A stretch of 63,232 nucleotides of DNA, filler included, from Folioceros fuciformis (taxonomy: Eukaryota): the NCBI GenBank assembly GCA_049999805.1. It is 28 parts of 28 records of this genome, joined end to end, with 100 filler letters (N's around TTAATTAATTAA, not from the genome) between each part and the next. Parts side by side here need not be neighbours in the genome. Positions count along the whole stretch, not along the records: positions 24,617 to 27,501 come from JBNGIO010000134.1; positions 27,602 to 31,796 come from JBNGIO010000135.1; positions 31,897 to 33,343 come from JBNGIO010000136.1; positions 33,444 to 37,038 come from JBNGIO010000137.1; 24 more parts are not named here. One strand, 5' to 3'. The notes below the pieces were generated by a model that saw nothing but the letters and a program-made list of their open reading frames with translations, was not told the origin of the DNA and ran no database searches. Made by a program: the position numbers and the translations under genes. Below, piece by piece: positions 24,827 to 37,138 of this stretch. Numbering within the stretch: the stretch's first letter is position 1; each line of letters opens with the position of its first letter.

Positions 24827-27501
24827 TCAAAAAAGTTGGCGTTTCATGTTCTCCATCTTCGCAAGCAGATCTTGAATGTCAGCGATCATCCTGACTTTCA
24901 TGAGATTGAAGTCATGCTCCGCCTTATCTAGCAGTTGCGTTTCCTCAAACTTCTTCCTCCTCCTTTCCTCGGCTTCACGTAGCCTCAACTTCCGCAACTT
25001 GCAGTCATATTCTTCCTCCACCTTTTCACATTTAGCTAAAACAATCCGGTGAAGAGCCTCAGCTTCCTTCCGCGCTTCGTCTGCCCGCCGTTGACACGAC
25101 TTTGCCTCATCCTGGATCATCCGGACAACATTTTCCAGGTTCTGAACATGTGCCTGCCCTTTTGCCCGCTGACACTGAAGCTCCGCAGCTTCTGCTCGCT
25201 TCTCTAACAACTCCTGATCATAGTTCTTAAGGGCCAATCGAGCCTTTTCCAAGCTGTCCGTTTGCGATTGCTCTCCACCAGAACTGTGCCTGGGCCCAGC
25301 TTCTCCACTGGCACATTTGTGCCTCAGCAAGGCTTCAATCCCAGAACAAGTCGTCCTGTCACATATTGTTGGCTCAGCCACAGTTTCCGTTCCAGGAGAA
25401 CCGCCACTCCAAAACCCTCCCATCAAAGGAGGAGGCACATTGAATGCTGACGGTCCCAGTTCAGGGTCTCCATCTGCAAGATGAAGACAGTAAGACATAA
25501 TTTCAGACCCTGAATAAGGTCATTAGCCAATGTAAAACCCCTGTTTGCATGTACGAAAAGCAGGCATCACACAATGAGGGAGCGCAAAATACGACATAGC
25601 CCACATTTACGGCAGTTCAATCAGGGCTGGCATCTTGAAAGGCTCCCAGACACAAAAACTCCAAGAGGAAAACCATGGTTACCTGTAAAGAAACGCAACA
25701 TGCTTCTGCAGACCTCCGAATGGTCACCCACATTCTCCAGTTGCATCAACATCTGCTCGGCCTTCCGGCAAAGCTGCTTGCCTTTTAAATCTTCACTACT
25801 ATGAAACATACGTCTCACACAGTCCAACTCTTTCGACAACACATCCTTTCCCCATGTCTTCGCACATGCCAGAAACACATCCTTCACAAAACCAAAAAGC
25901 TCTGAGGTATGTTGACACGCAATACACTTAAATTGCATCTCAGAGGTACCAGGTGCAATGTGGCCCATCCGGATACCACAATCTGTGTGGCACCAATGCA
26001 GGCAAAAATCACAGCCAATCCAGCGACATGTATTTGCATCGTGGTCAAATTTGGAGCAAACAACGCACATGCAGGCATTGCAGAAGCCAGTCTTTGCGGA
26101 ACATATGTGACATTCACAGTCATCGGCCGGCAGTTGACTTTGACACGTAGTATTTTGGCATTTCGCTTGCAGAAATATATCAACCAGGGCCGAGTGAGTG
26201 ATCACTGCCTCGGGTGGCACCTGCACAAACGCAGAGTTCCCAGTTTTGACTGCAACCAGCAGCTCCAGCTGGGTGAGATGTGAGCGCAGCAGGACCTCCA
26301 TGGTGAGGTCCGTTCTCCTCTGGAGAATTTTCTGGAGAGCGACAAACTCCTCCCTCCTCTCTATACTCCCAAGCATCTCTCTTAGTGAGTCCTTCAAACC
26401 GTCAAGATAGCTGTTGGGTAGTACCTGCAGCTTCCTGGCCATTACAGGAATGGGCTCCGTCACAAGTTCAGGGATGCCGATTCTCTCAAAACTCATCAAA
26501 CTTTTAGATCCCGACTGATCGCCATTCCCTGCAGCAGCTTCCTGTAGCCGCCTACTTTGCTCTAACCATGTCTCTTGCGGAAGGCCACTTCGTGCAGGAG
26601 CAGACCAGGCCTCCCGTCCCGAGGGATCTCTGCGTATGACCTTTGGCTTGTCTTGAGAATCCCCGGCTTTGTCTGCCGATGAATGAAAATGACCAGAAAT
26701 CGGATGGCGTTGCATGGGCAAAATCACTTCGGGCAACTGATAACTCCCCTCCACATCCAGATCTGTCCCACGTGATGCCTGCTCCCTCTTATGATCATTG
26801 CCAAGCGAACCCTGAAGGATCTGTGGATTCCCATTCTGCAGCATCTGCAGATACAAAGGCATCTCTCTCCGAGGCGGCTTTTTCCTGCAAACAGACATGA
26901 AGCCGCTGTTCTCAGCGTCCTTCCCCTCCGACATCCTCCAGCTACCAAGGGAGGCCTGCTCGTTACCCTGAGGCATCTGATGGCTGCCGCACGAGACCTC
27001 CTGGTTCTCCATCGAGTTCTGCGTGAGTGAGCAGCTCGGATTATGCATGAAGGGGTGCGAGTGAGACAAGGACAAGGAATTGGTGTAGCCAGTGGAGTAC
27101 GTCCGGGTGGCCCCCAGCGAGTGAACACTTCTCTCCTGATCCCCGGCTGCCATACCAGGATCCGAAGAACCAAGCGACAGGGAAGTGTCCGGCAGCGACT
27201 GCGACACAGGAGACACTTCGAGCTTAGGTCTCTTGTTCCTCTGCATGTCAAGAATCAGGTCCTTGAAAGCACCTCCGTCCCTCTCCCAGCTCTTCCTCCG
27301 CCTCTCAGCCATCTTCCCCGTGTCATTCCCGTCCGCCTGAGCCGCCCGATCCAGAAAATTCTCGGTCGTCGTGGTCTCCCTCTCGTTCTCACGCTTCACC
27401 AAGTCCTCCCGCCCCAACCCCGGGATGGCCAACGTCAGCTCCTTCCCGCTCCGAAGACTAGCATCGACATCGGGCACACAGCGCGCAACCCCTTCCCCCT
27501 C
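24827..27501 (-). CDS. OBERON-like PHD-finger/coiled-coil protein (OBE3/OBE4-type), 5'-truncated; exons 27501-25683 and 25473-24827
   Basis: OBERON PHD region CHICSAKTGFCNACMCVVCSKFD...WIGCDFCLHWCHTDC...CIAC; HNPSCSLT motif; C-terminal coiled coil (ADEARKEAEALHRIVLAK..KVEEEY). A GT-AG intron at 25474-25682 joins FFT-DGDPE in frame, and the frame is open to the contig edge. Confidence 0.93.
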
Positions 27502-27601
27502 NNNNNNNNNNNNNNNNNNNNNNNNNNNNNNNNNNNNNNNNNNNNTTAATTAATTAANNNNNNNNNNNNNNNNNNNNNNNNNNNNNNNNNNNNNNNNNNN
27601 N

Positions 27602-30600
27602 ACTTCATGTGGATGTCATTCTGTTCAACATACCTGACAAAAGAGTTCAAGATTTTGACTTGGAGCTCCCTTGCCGTGCACAATATGTACCAAAGATTTT
27701 TCAAGACTGCCTACCCTGCTACACGTGCAAATGTCCCTCGCACTTTAGGATAGCCATTCAAGAGGATGTCCCCCTTGATGCGGCCAGTTGTCTTACGGCC
27801 TGCAAGTACATCAAGCAGGGTCGTCTTTCCCGCACCACTACTTCCCATCAAAGCCATCATACTGCCAGGCTTAACGTAACCAGAAACGCCACTGAGTAAC
27901 ACTCTTGGGTCCTTGATTCCTGGTATGTCCACCTGTTTATCACAAGTAAGAGAACAGAAACTCTTTCCTCTGAACCATGCTCACAGTACATGTCGAGGCT
28001 CCCTGCCTCTTTTACAACCCAAATAGAAAACCAGCTTGAACCTCCCCGCCGGCAAAAGTGATCCACAAGGACCATGACTGCAAAACCAGAAGCAGTAAAT
28101 TTGCGCTAATACCGGTGGGAGAATACCTCATAGGAAACTTGGTGAAACGAGAACACCACTGGTTCAAACTTGAGCATGCTACCACCAGAGTTTTTTCCTG
28201 ATACCCGGTTCTCAAGCTGGCTAGGTCGACTTCTGTCTGTGGCAGTTCTGGACGCTTGTCGGTTTTGTATTATACGAGCAGCAGAAGGGAGTTTCACCTG
28301 CAAAGCGCAGAAGAGGGGAAAGCAAGCGACGCATCTGATCAGGAATGGTAGGTAGCACGATGGATTTGGGGTGTAATCAAAGAAGCTTTAGTTGCGGATA
28401 GGTAGTTTCCTTGCCTCATCAAACCGAAGGTTACCCATGGTCCAGAACGTTATACATGTAAACACCGTGTAGTACATGAAGAGGATGATCAAAGGAAGCC
28501 ATACGCCCCTGAAATATGTTGTTGGCAATTCATAAAGGTCCAAGTATGCCCGCCCTATGGTCATGTGCATTCTCCCCCCACAGTAAGGGACTGCTGCGCT
28601 GCAGGGCTGAAAGAAGGGACCTTGTCAGTGAGTCCCAGGCAGAAGCATACGAGGACTTTCTTCTAAGCTGAAACTATCCGAAATTTGTGCTCAGTAGTAC
28701 ATTCCAGGCCCCGAGACATATTGACCATGCCGGTCTGTAATTGAACTATGTAAGTCGATAGGGTATTTCAGTTAGCTAACTTGGTCATATTTGCCGGATA
28801 GGAACTCATTGCAAATCAGTCCTGTCACACCATACTGTAACGGACTTAAGTAGTAAGCCCAGATCCACCAAGCAGGAACCTTGTTTTTGGTGATCATAAA
28901 TCCAGAGAACAGCAGATATATAATAATGCAAAGGCCTGCCATGCGCTGAGATCAGCCGCAGGGTCCCTTCCCAAGAGATTCTCACATAGCAAGCAGCCAG
29001 CACGAATCCACTTGACAGCAAAGCCACAGACATGTTACCTGCGGAGCTCATTGCACTTTCCCGGGTACGCGATATGGACGCTAGAAATCTCGTCATTGCT
29101 GCACCCATCAGGGCAGCCGCAAAGACAATTGCTATGTACATCAAGAAGTGCACCCCATGTTGTGCTGAGCTGAGCCCCGTCAGCCAATAAATGAGGGGAC
29201 AATAGACTATCATCTGCAGTTCAAGGGGCAGATTAGGAACACACCTCAATACAAATCAGACTGATCTGGGCATCAACTAGTCAGGACAAAGGAACTCCCA
29301 AGAACAATTCTAATGGCATGACAATGTTGAATATCTGGGAACACACCTCTAAAATAGAATAGGGAATTTGGGCCAAGGTGATAGCAATCACATACGAATT
29401 AGCACGATAGAATCTTGCCGCATACTGCTTCTCAAACACCTACACAAAGTTCAGCAGTCAATAAACATTTCGTCGAACAGCTTCATTAATGTGGTGATCA
29501 GTTTCGTGCAAAGTTGTACAGACCTTCCGCTCTTCAATAATCACTGGGATCTGAGACATGGTTGCCAGTGCCATTGCCATGCATGCCGTGAAAGATAGAG
29601 ACTTGCGCAGATCCATTTCAGAACGCTCGGGGCCAGGGGGAACTTGGTAGAATAAAGTGCCCGTAAACAACCCTAAGATAAGGACCTGCAACCGCAAATT
29701 GATCACATTAGTGAGTCCAAGGACAAGTTGAGGATACACATATTCATCACAACTATTGGTACAAGAAGAGCAAGAAACGAAATTCATGGCACTCCTAAAA
29801 CCTTTAACTTGTTCGACTCACCTGGGAGAAGCGAGCCACAACAAAGGACCGATTCCGTATCAACAGCTTGCCCTGGCGACCTAGCACTGTCTTCGTGGAA
29901 TCCCACCAATCTTGCACAAACTCCTTCTCAAAGGCTTTCTTGAAACTAGTATCGACCTGAAACGAAAAGAAGAAGCTGAGGGTTGCCATTTCTTGAGTTT
30001 GCAACAACAACTACTGAGCTTTAGTGCACGACCTCCTCTCTTTCACGTTGTAGCTGCATGCGAACTGGGTCTGGAGCATCAACAACTTTCCTCACAACAT
30101 CAGCAGCGAAGAAGGCGGCCTCTGCTCCAGCAACATACTCAAGCCTTCCATTAGGGCCCAACACTCCAGTCACACAGTCCCCTTCCTTAACTCTTCCAGT
30201 TTGCTTGATATCAGCAATCGCAATATTTCCAGTGGGGTCCACCTCACAGACCTCGATCACGTTCCTTTCACCTATTTCAAAGATGTCATGACAGATTGAT
30301 GAAGAGCACTGTAACACGCATGTCGACTGGACTTTACTCAGTTGAGAAATCACGTGTCCGAGAACTTCCATATTATAGCATCAACCTGGCTGAGATCAGT
30401 ACAACCACAGATTCCCCTCCAATGAAGTCCTATTTGCTACTGTTTGAAGACCGAGCAAGGGCTCACCTGATACCCCTTCACCATCACGAAGCTTCAGCCC
30501 TAAGGGCTTGTCAGCTTGAATCCAGAGTTCATGCAACACCTGAAATTCCGGACCGCACCTTAGAACCAAAGAGAGGTCAATCCAGCACATGACCAAGACC

Positions 30601-31796
30601 TATATACCTTGGGAGAATCAATGACTCGAAGAACCTCCCGATGTAAATCAGAGCTTGTATAAGCCTTCATGAAGCTCTCAGCATCTAGGTGATGGAAACC
30701 AGGCTGCAAAAACTGCTTGCCTTCAGGCGTCGTTATCTCCTGCAGGAAGTCTGCTACATCCACATGCTGTGGTTTCACATACCTTCGAATAAACGAAAAT
30801 CCATCAAGATGGCTATCAACTAACAATTAGACTCAGCTAGAACATATAGCTCGCTGGGGCCAAAAGATACCCGAGTGCAGAAAAGTATGGTAACACATCT
30901 TCACGTGGTCCCTGGTAAATGATACGACCTTCAGCCAGCACAATAAGCCTGCTAGGGCAGATACATGTCAGAAACATCCCCAGGCTTTAAACCATGAAAA
31001 CGGGACTAACAGCAGTGAGCCCGGTTTGAAGCTCATGAGCCTGTGAAAGCACAACGACAAACCATGTTTTACAATTCGGGATAGTTGAATGACCTGTCAA
31101 TGAGGCCAAACACTTCCGGTGATGGTTGAAGGAGTGAAAGAAGGCAAGTAATCTGTTGTAACCTTGCCAACATCCGGATCGCAGAAACGATATCATATGT
31201 AGCAGAACTGTCAAGCCCTGTGCTGATTTCGTCGAAGAAAAATGCCAAATAAGTACCTGCTCAAAATTGCACAAAATCAGCTAAGGACAGAAGCCGAAAG
31301 GTACAAGACCGTGAGCATTTCAGACAGACAGGATCTTTTGTCCAACAACCTTAATCTACGGTGCAAAAACTTCATGAGGCCTGCCTGCAATCATTTCAGC
31401 AGTTGTAACTCGATGGCGTTCACCACCACTCACGCCCCGCACAAATTGGTTACCGACAACTGTGTCCGCAGGGCCACGCAGCCCAAGTAGGTGCAGAAGT
31501 AGCTCCAACTTTAGCTTCTTCTGTCCAAATTCGCCCTGATTGAAGACACCCAATGCACCAAAATCGGGTGTAAAAAACCTCAAACCATTCCAAACAACTA
31601 CTTTAAGCCATATCTTCCCAAAACTGTATGGTTATTCAGCAGTGTTTGATATGCAACCATCAACAGGAAGTAACTCACAGACACTCCCGAGAGGGCCTTC
31701 TCCTCTAATGGTGAGCTTGTACATTTGCTGGCAAATTCGCAAGTTTCACGAACTGTGAGAGTAGGGTAGTGCCAGTCAGTTTGCCCGATAAATGCT
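27602..31796 (-). CDS. Full-size ABCG/PDR transporter (NBD1-TMD1-NBD2 portion), multi-exon, truncated at both contig ends, with a PDZ-like insert
   Basis: Spliced translation gives [85 protein letters not shown] exons, [29 protein letters not shown] and YVEQNDIH, with many short GT-AG introns. Confidence 0.93.
30033..30539 (-). CDS. PDZ-like domain encoded by two internal ABCG exons (30539-30467, 30271-30033)
   Basis: [42 protein letters not shown]...[12 protein letters not shown]...[21 protein letters not shown]; splice phases 0/1/0 keep the frame. Confidence 0.72.
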
Positions 31797-31896
31797 NNNN
31801 NNNNNNNNNNNNNNNNNNNNNNNNNNNNNNNNNNNNNNNNTTAATTAATTAANNNNNNNNNNNNNNNNNNNNNNNNNNNNNNNNNNNNNNNNNNNN

Positions 31897-33343
31897 GATT
31901 ATGTCATGCTGACGGATTGTGGGGAGCCCTCTTGTTGCCAAGAGGCCATGTTAGTGACTCACAAGGACAAGTGGGAGAAGGAGATGCAGTCGCAGATGGA
32001 TTCACTCCACAAGAACCAAACTTGGGAGTTGGTTCGGTTGCCTAAGGGCAAGAAGGCGTTGCCATGCAAATGGGTGTATAAGATGAAGGACATACCCCGT
32101 TATGGCAAACCCAAGTACAAGGCACGATTGGTTGCGAAGGGCTTTAAGCAATAGCAAGGTATTGACTTTGATGAGATTTTCTCAGTGGTTGTCAAAATGA
32201 CCACCTTGTGATGTGTTCTTGGTCTGGTGGCGAGGCTCGACATGGAACTTGTCCAGATGGATGTGAAGTCGGCATTTTTGCATGGTGATCTCTAGGAAGA
32301 GGTATACATGCAACAACCAGAGGGTTTCATTGAGAAGGGCAAAGAGAATCTAGTGTGCAAGTTAAAGAAGAGCCTTTATGGTTTGAAGTAGGCACCCAGG
32401 GAGTGGTATTTCAAGTTCCACTTATTCATGCTTCCTCAAGGCTACAAGCGTAGCGATGAGGATCATTGCCTCTATACGAAGCAAGCTAAGGATGGAAGCT
32501 TGCTCATTCTGGTCCTCTATGTGGCTGATATGCTATTTGCTGGGACTAACAGTGATGAGATTTCAGCGTTGAAGTCAAAGTTGAATGGTCTCTTTGACAT
32601 GATAGACTTGGGAGAGGCCAGCCATATTCTTGGCATGCGTATTCGTCGAGACAGACAGAAGCGTTTGCTGTACTTGTCTCAGACTGAATACGTTAACAAG
32701 GTGCTTCAACGTTTCAATTTGGAGAAGGGGAAGGTATTAAGTACTCCGTTGCCTCCATATCTGAAACTGTCGAGCAAGGATTGTCCAAGCTCTGCGGAGG
32801 ACAAAGCTGAAATGGAGAGGGTTCCATACTCATCAACTGTAGGGAGTTTGATGTATGCAATGATTGCTACACGTCCTGACATTACCTTTGCAGTGGGAGT
32901 GGTTAGCAGGTTTATGTCAAACCCTGGCAGGAAGCATTGGAAGGCAGTGAAAGGAGTTATGAGATACTTGAATGGTATGAAAGCTTTGTGCTTATGTTTT
33001 GGTAATGAAGATGCATCTGTCGTGGGATATACGGATGCTGATTATGCATGGGATATGGACAAAAGAAGGTCCACATCAGGTTACGTCTTCATGTGCACAG
33101 GAGGGGCAATCTCATGGCGATCTCGTTTGCAATCATGCATAACGCTATCTACCACAAAGGCCGAGTATGTTGCAGCGATTGAGGCTTGCAAAGAAGCCAT
33201 GTGGTTTGCTTGTTTAGTGGGAGATTTGGGGATCAAGGTTGAGCTGCCATTGTTGCATTGTGATAGCCAGAGTGCTATTCAATTGGCAAAGAATCTAGTG
33301 TTTCATGCGAAGACCAAACATGTGGAAGTGAAGTATCACTTCA
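31897..33343 (+). mobile_element. Ty1/Copia RT-RNase H fragment (Tnt1/Tork-like), degenerate
   Basis: [14 protein letters not shown] (mutated YVDD), TRPDI and GYTDADY motifs; several stops. Confidence 0.93.
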
Positions 33344-33443
33344 NNNNNNNNNNNNNNNNNNNNNNNNNNNNNNNNNNNNNNNNNNNNTTAATTAATTAAN
33401 NNNNNNNNNNNNNNNNNNNNNNNNNNNNNNNNNNNNNNNNNNN

Positions 33444-33726
33444 TGAGAGGTTAGGGTCGTTGTAGTGACTGGAGTGAGTTTGTGGGCACCGAGAGAGGTG
33501 CAGCTGTCCGCTGGACAGTGAGGCTTGTCCTACGCCTGATCGCAGCTAGAGGGGAGCCCTCGAATCCATCATCGAGTCGATTGAGTCCGACCCTCCATCC
33601 ACAGTAGCAAGGAACCCCAACGCTCCTTCGTGGGAACAGAACCCAATGTCTCTACGACAGTGGAATAAGTGTGGCCACTAAAGATGGAACCAGTCGACAA
33701 TCAGTGCCCGGGGTTTTGCCTCCATA
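33444..33726 (-). mobile_element. Family A LTR-like repeat, older and diverged copy, inserted in a Copia LTR
   Basis: Many substitutions relative to the other copies; terminus CCTCCATA. Confidence 0.85.
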
Positions 33727-36700
33727 GATCTAGAGCTCACAAGAGACTAGATCGCAAGCAAGCAATGGCAAAAGAAAAAGATACAATAAAACTCTAGGAG
33801 TATGATACATAAAGCATAAGTTACGACTGGCAGTTATAACCGCCTGCTGAACCTAAATAAAGTAAACTTAAACTAATATAGGGTATGAACCAATGTCAAT
33901 ATATCTAACTTAAGATATCTAACACTCCCACTCATTGGTCATACCAGCCACACTTAAGTTCTCAAAAGGTCCAGTAACTACTCCCACGTGTGTCACACAA
34001 ACTGAAACACATGAACTCTCAACTTCAATCTCCAGCTGCGCTCCTGTCTTCAAAACGGGAGCTCAGCACACAGACTCCACTGCTTGCTTGCTACTGACGG
34101 CGCTGAGCCTCGCAATCCTGAAGTATTCTTCCTCGCAGTTCGAAGAGGCTTAAGGGTGGCACAACAACCAGCTTGGTGAAGAGAGCTCCTCGTGCTGTGA
34201 AGACGGAGTTTCCCGCTACATTAGTAGGTCTTGCCGCCACGCCTCGTCTTCTGCAGCTGCAAGCCCGTCACACCTCCACGTTGTCCTGTTCACCTGGACG
34301 CTATTCTAGTGTGGTGCGCAAGAAGAACAACGAGTTCTAACAAGCGAATCAGCAGTGAAGGAAGATGGAGAGGAGGAGAAGACTAGACAAGCTCACGAGC
34401 TGAGCCTTCTTAGACAGTGAATGAAACTCAACTCTCCTCTCCAGGTAACATGTATGGCAAGTTGAAATCAGTGATTGGTGTTGGTGAGACGAAAAAGGGA
34501 GAGCTGTCATGCCAATGAGCTTTGTTTCTAACAGGATTGTGCTGCCCACGGGAGACCTGAGAAAGGGGAAAACGTCTGGTTTCTGACAAGAACGGAGTTG
34601 GCGGCTATCTCATACCTCTAAACTACATCTGCTCTTCCACTGGGGCACATCTCATTCTACGGTAAGGGTTCTGAATCTGCACTTCTGACTATCGCCCACC
34701 ATTAGTGTGGCTAGAAGATATCCTACAGATACTCTAAACCCTAACAGCCTATGTGATAGCCTTTTTGGTGTTCAGGGACAAGGTATATGAGGAAGCTGGC
34801 ATGGACAGATATTGGTCATCCGATAGTGAGCGAGGCACAAACTATGAAACGAAGAAGTTCTTGAATCAGTCAACTTCTGATGAGGAAAGTAAACCTTCCT
34901 ATACTCAGTGACAGGACTGTAGGAGCTTCTTTGTTTTTCCCTTTGCAGTTGTAACTGGCTCCCTCACAGCTTGTGCAAACTTCAACCACTTCTAGATGAG
35001 GTTAAGACATGCTTAGGCTCTAGCACTCCTGAAGCCTCCTTGAACTGATAATGCTTAACCCTAGGACGAGATTTAGTAAGAATGTCTGCTGCATTTGCAT
35101 CTATTGATATATATTCCAGTTTGATCTACCCTGAGCTGACAGCACCTCTAGCAAAATGGTGATGCACCTCAATATGTTTTGTTCTTGCGTGGAATACCGG
35201 ATTTTGTGCAAGGGCCAGGGCAGATTGGTTGTCACAATGAATAACTGTAGGGTCTGATTGAGGTCGCCCTAATTTTGCTAAAAGTCTTCTGAGCCATATG
35301 GCCTCCTTAGCAGCCTGTGTCAGCGCCGAGTACTCTGCCTCTGTCGAGGAGAGTGATACAGTTGCTTGCTTCTTGAGGACCACGTCACTCCTCCACCGGC
35401 TAGCATAAAAGAATACGCTGACACGGACTTTCTAGTATCGGAATCTGCTACCCAGTTGCGTCACAATAGCCTACCAAGGTAAGTGTGTCTCCCTCACTCT
35501 TCTGACTCATATACGTAATCCCATAATTACTAGTGCCTTTAAGGTATCTCAGAATGCGCTTTGCAGCTAACCAATGAGGATGACTAGGGTCCTTAAGGTA
35601 CAGAGACACTGAACTGACGGTAGATGCCACATCTAGCCTAGTATGGCTTGAGCAAAAAATCAGAGAGCCTACCGCTTGAGGGTAAGGTACTTGAGACATC
35701 TCCTCATGTTCACTATTTGTCTGAGGGGACTACAACTTACTTAGCTTGCAACCTGCTTCTAAAGGGGTAAGTGCTGGCTTCGCTTCTGTAAGCTTATACT
35801 TAAACAACATGTCATAGATGTATTAAACAACATGTCATAGATGTAATCCTGATGAATGGCTAATGCTCCTGACTCACTTTCTCGCAGAAGTTGGGTGCCA
35901 AGGCAATAAGAGAGTTCACCTATGTCCACCATGTCAAACCGACCAGATAAGAGAGCTTTTACCTTTTTAATTCCTGCTAGGTCAGTGCCCATAAGAATGC
36001 AGTCGTCTACATACAGTGCCAAAATAACTTAACCTATTTCATGTTGCAAGAGATATATGTTGGTGTCGGCTGAACTCTTCTGAAAACCAAGCTCGAGCAA
36101 GAACTCATTTATGCAAAAGTACCAAGCTCGTGGACTCTATTTCAGTCCGTAAATTGTCTTGAGTAATTTGCGAACCCAATCCTCCTTTCCTTTCGGTTCA
36201 TACCCTTCCGACTGTTGCATAAAGATTTCCTCTTCCAACTGACCATGAAGGAAGGTAGTCTTTACATCCATTTGGTGTTATACAGCTTAAAATGTGCAGA
36301 CATGGCAAAAAGGACTCGAAGTGACTGAGCCTTGACTATCGGGGAGAAAGTGTCATGATAATCTAATCCAGCTACTTGGGAAAAACCCCGAGCTACAAGA
36401 CGTGCTTTGTACCGGGAAATACTACCATCAGCCTTATACTTCAGCTTGAAGACCCACTTCGAGGTGACGATCTTCCTCCCCTGAGGCGGAGGGCAGACTT
36501 CCCAGGTATGATTTTGAAGAAGAGAGTCGTACTCAGATTGAATCATAGCCTCCCACTGCTTAGTTGCAAGATCACTAAGTGCTTCTTTGTATGACTGTGG
36601 CTCATGACCAGGGTGAACAGAAAGATGGATAGTAGGATGCCTAAAGTCCTCACTGCTGTAGGGTGGTTCAACCCACTGAGATGGAGGCCGATGAATCCTG

Positions 36701-37038
36701 GCTGATCTACGCAAAGGGGGGAAACAGCACATGGTCTGGTTCAGGCTCGGGTAAGACAGAAACATCACGATCAGGAGCATTATCATTATCTGAATCAAAT
36801 GTTGTTGGGGAGTCATCTTGAGCGGGATCATCTAACCCTGAAGCTGATAGTGGAGAGGGTGGAGTACAAGTAGGCACAGCAGGTGCTATGGGAGGTACAG
36901 GCTGAGGGACTGGAGGTAAATATGACTTAGCAGGAAAAGAGGCATCAAAAATTGGGAAGTGAGACTCCTCCAGCTGCTCAAGCTCAGCGTTTTCAACATC
37001 ATCAGGTTTGGGCAGCTCAGTGAAGTTAGGAGAGCTAC
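33727..37038 (-). mobile_element. Degenerate Ty1/Copia RT-RNase H with about 1 kb 3' spacer, PPT and 3' LTR start (33924)
   Basis: KARLVARGF, ALYVDD, SSTEAEY and KHIEVHHHF motifs; TGAGTGGGAG followed by TGTTAGA on the minus strand. Confidence 0.88.
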
Positions 37039-37138
37039 NNNNNNNNNNNNNNNNNNNNNNNNNNNNNNNNNNNNNNNNNNNNTTAATTAATTAANNNNNN
37101 NNNNNNNNNNNNNNNNNNNNNNNNNNNNNNNNNNNNNN

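Noticed and set aside
24827-31796. OBERON and ABCG as a linked gene cluster
   Set aside because: They are separated by an artificial spacer (27502-27601), so true adjacency is unknown.
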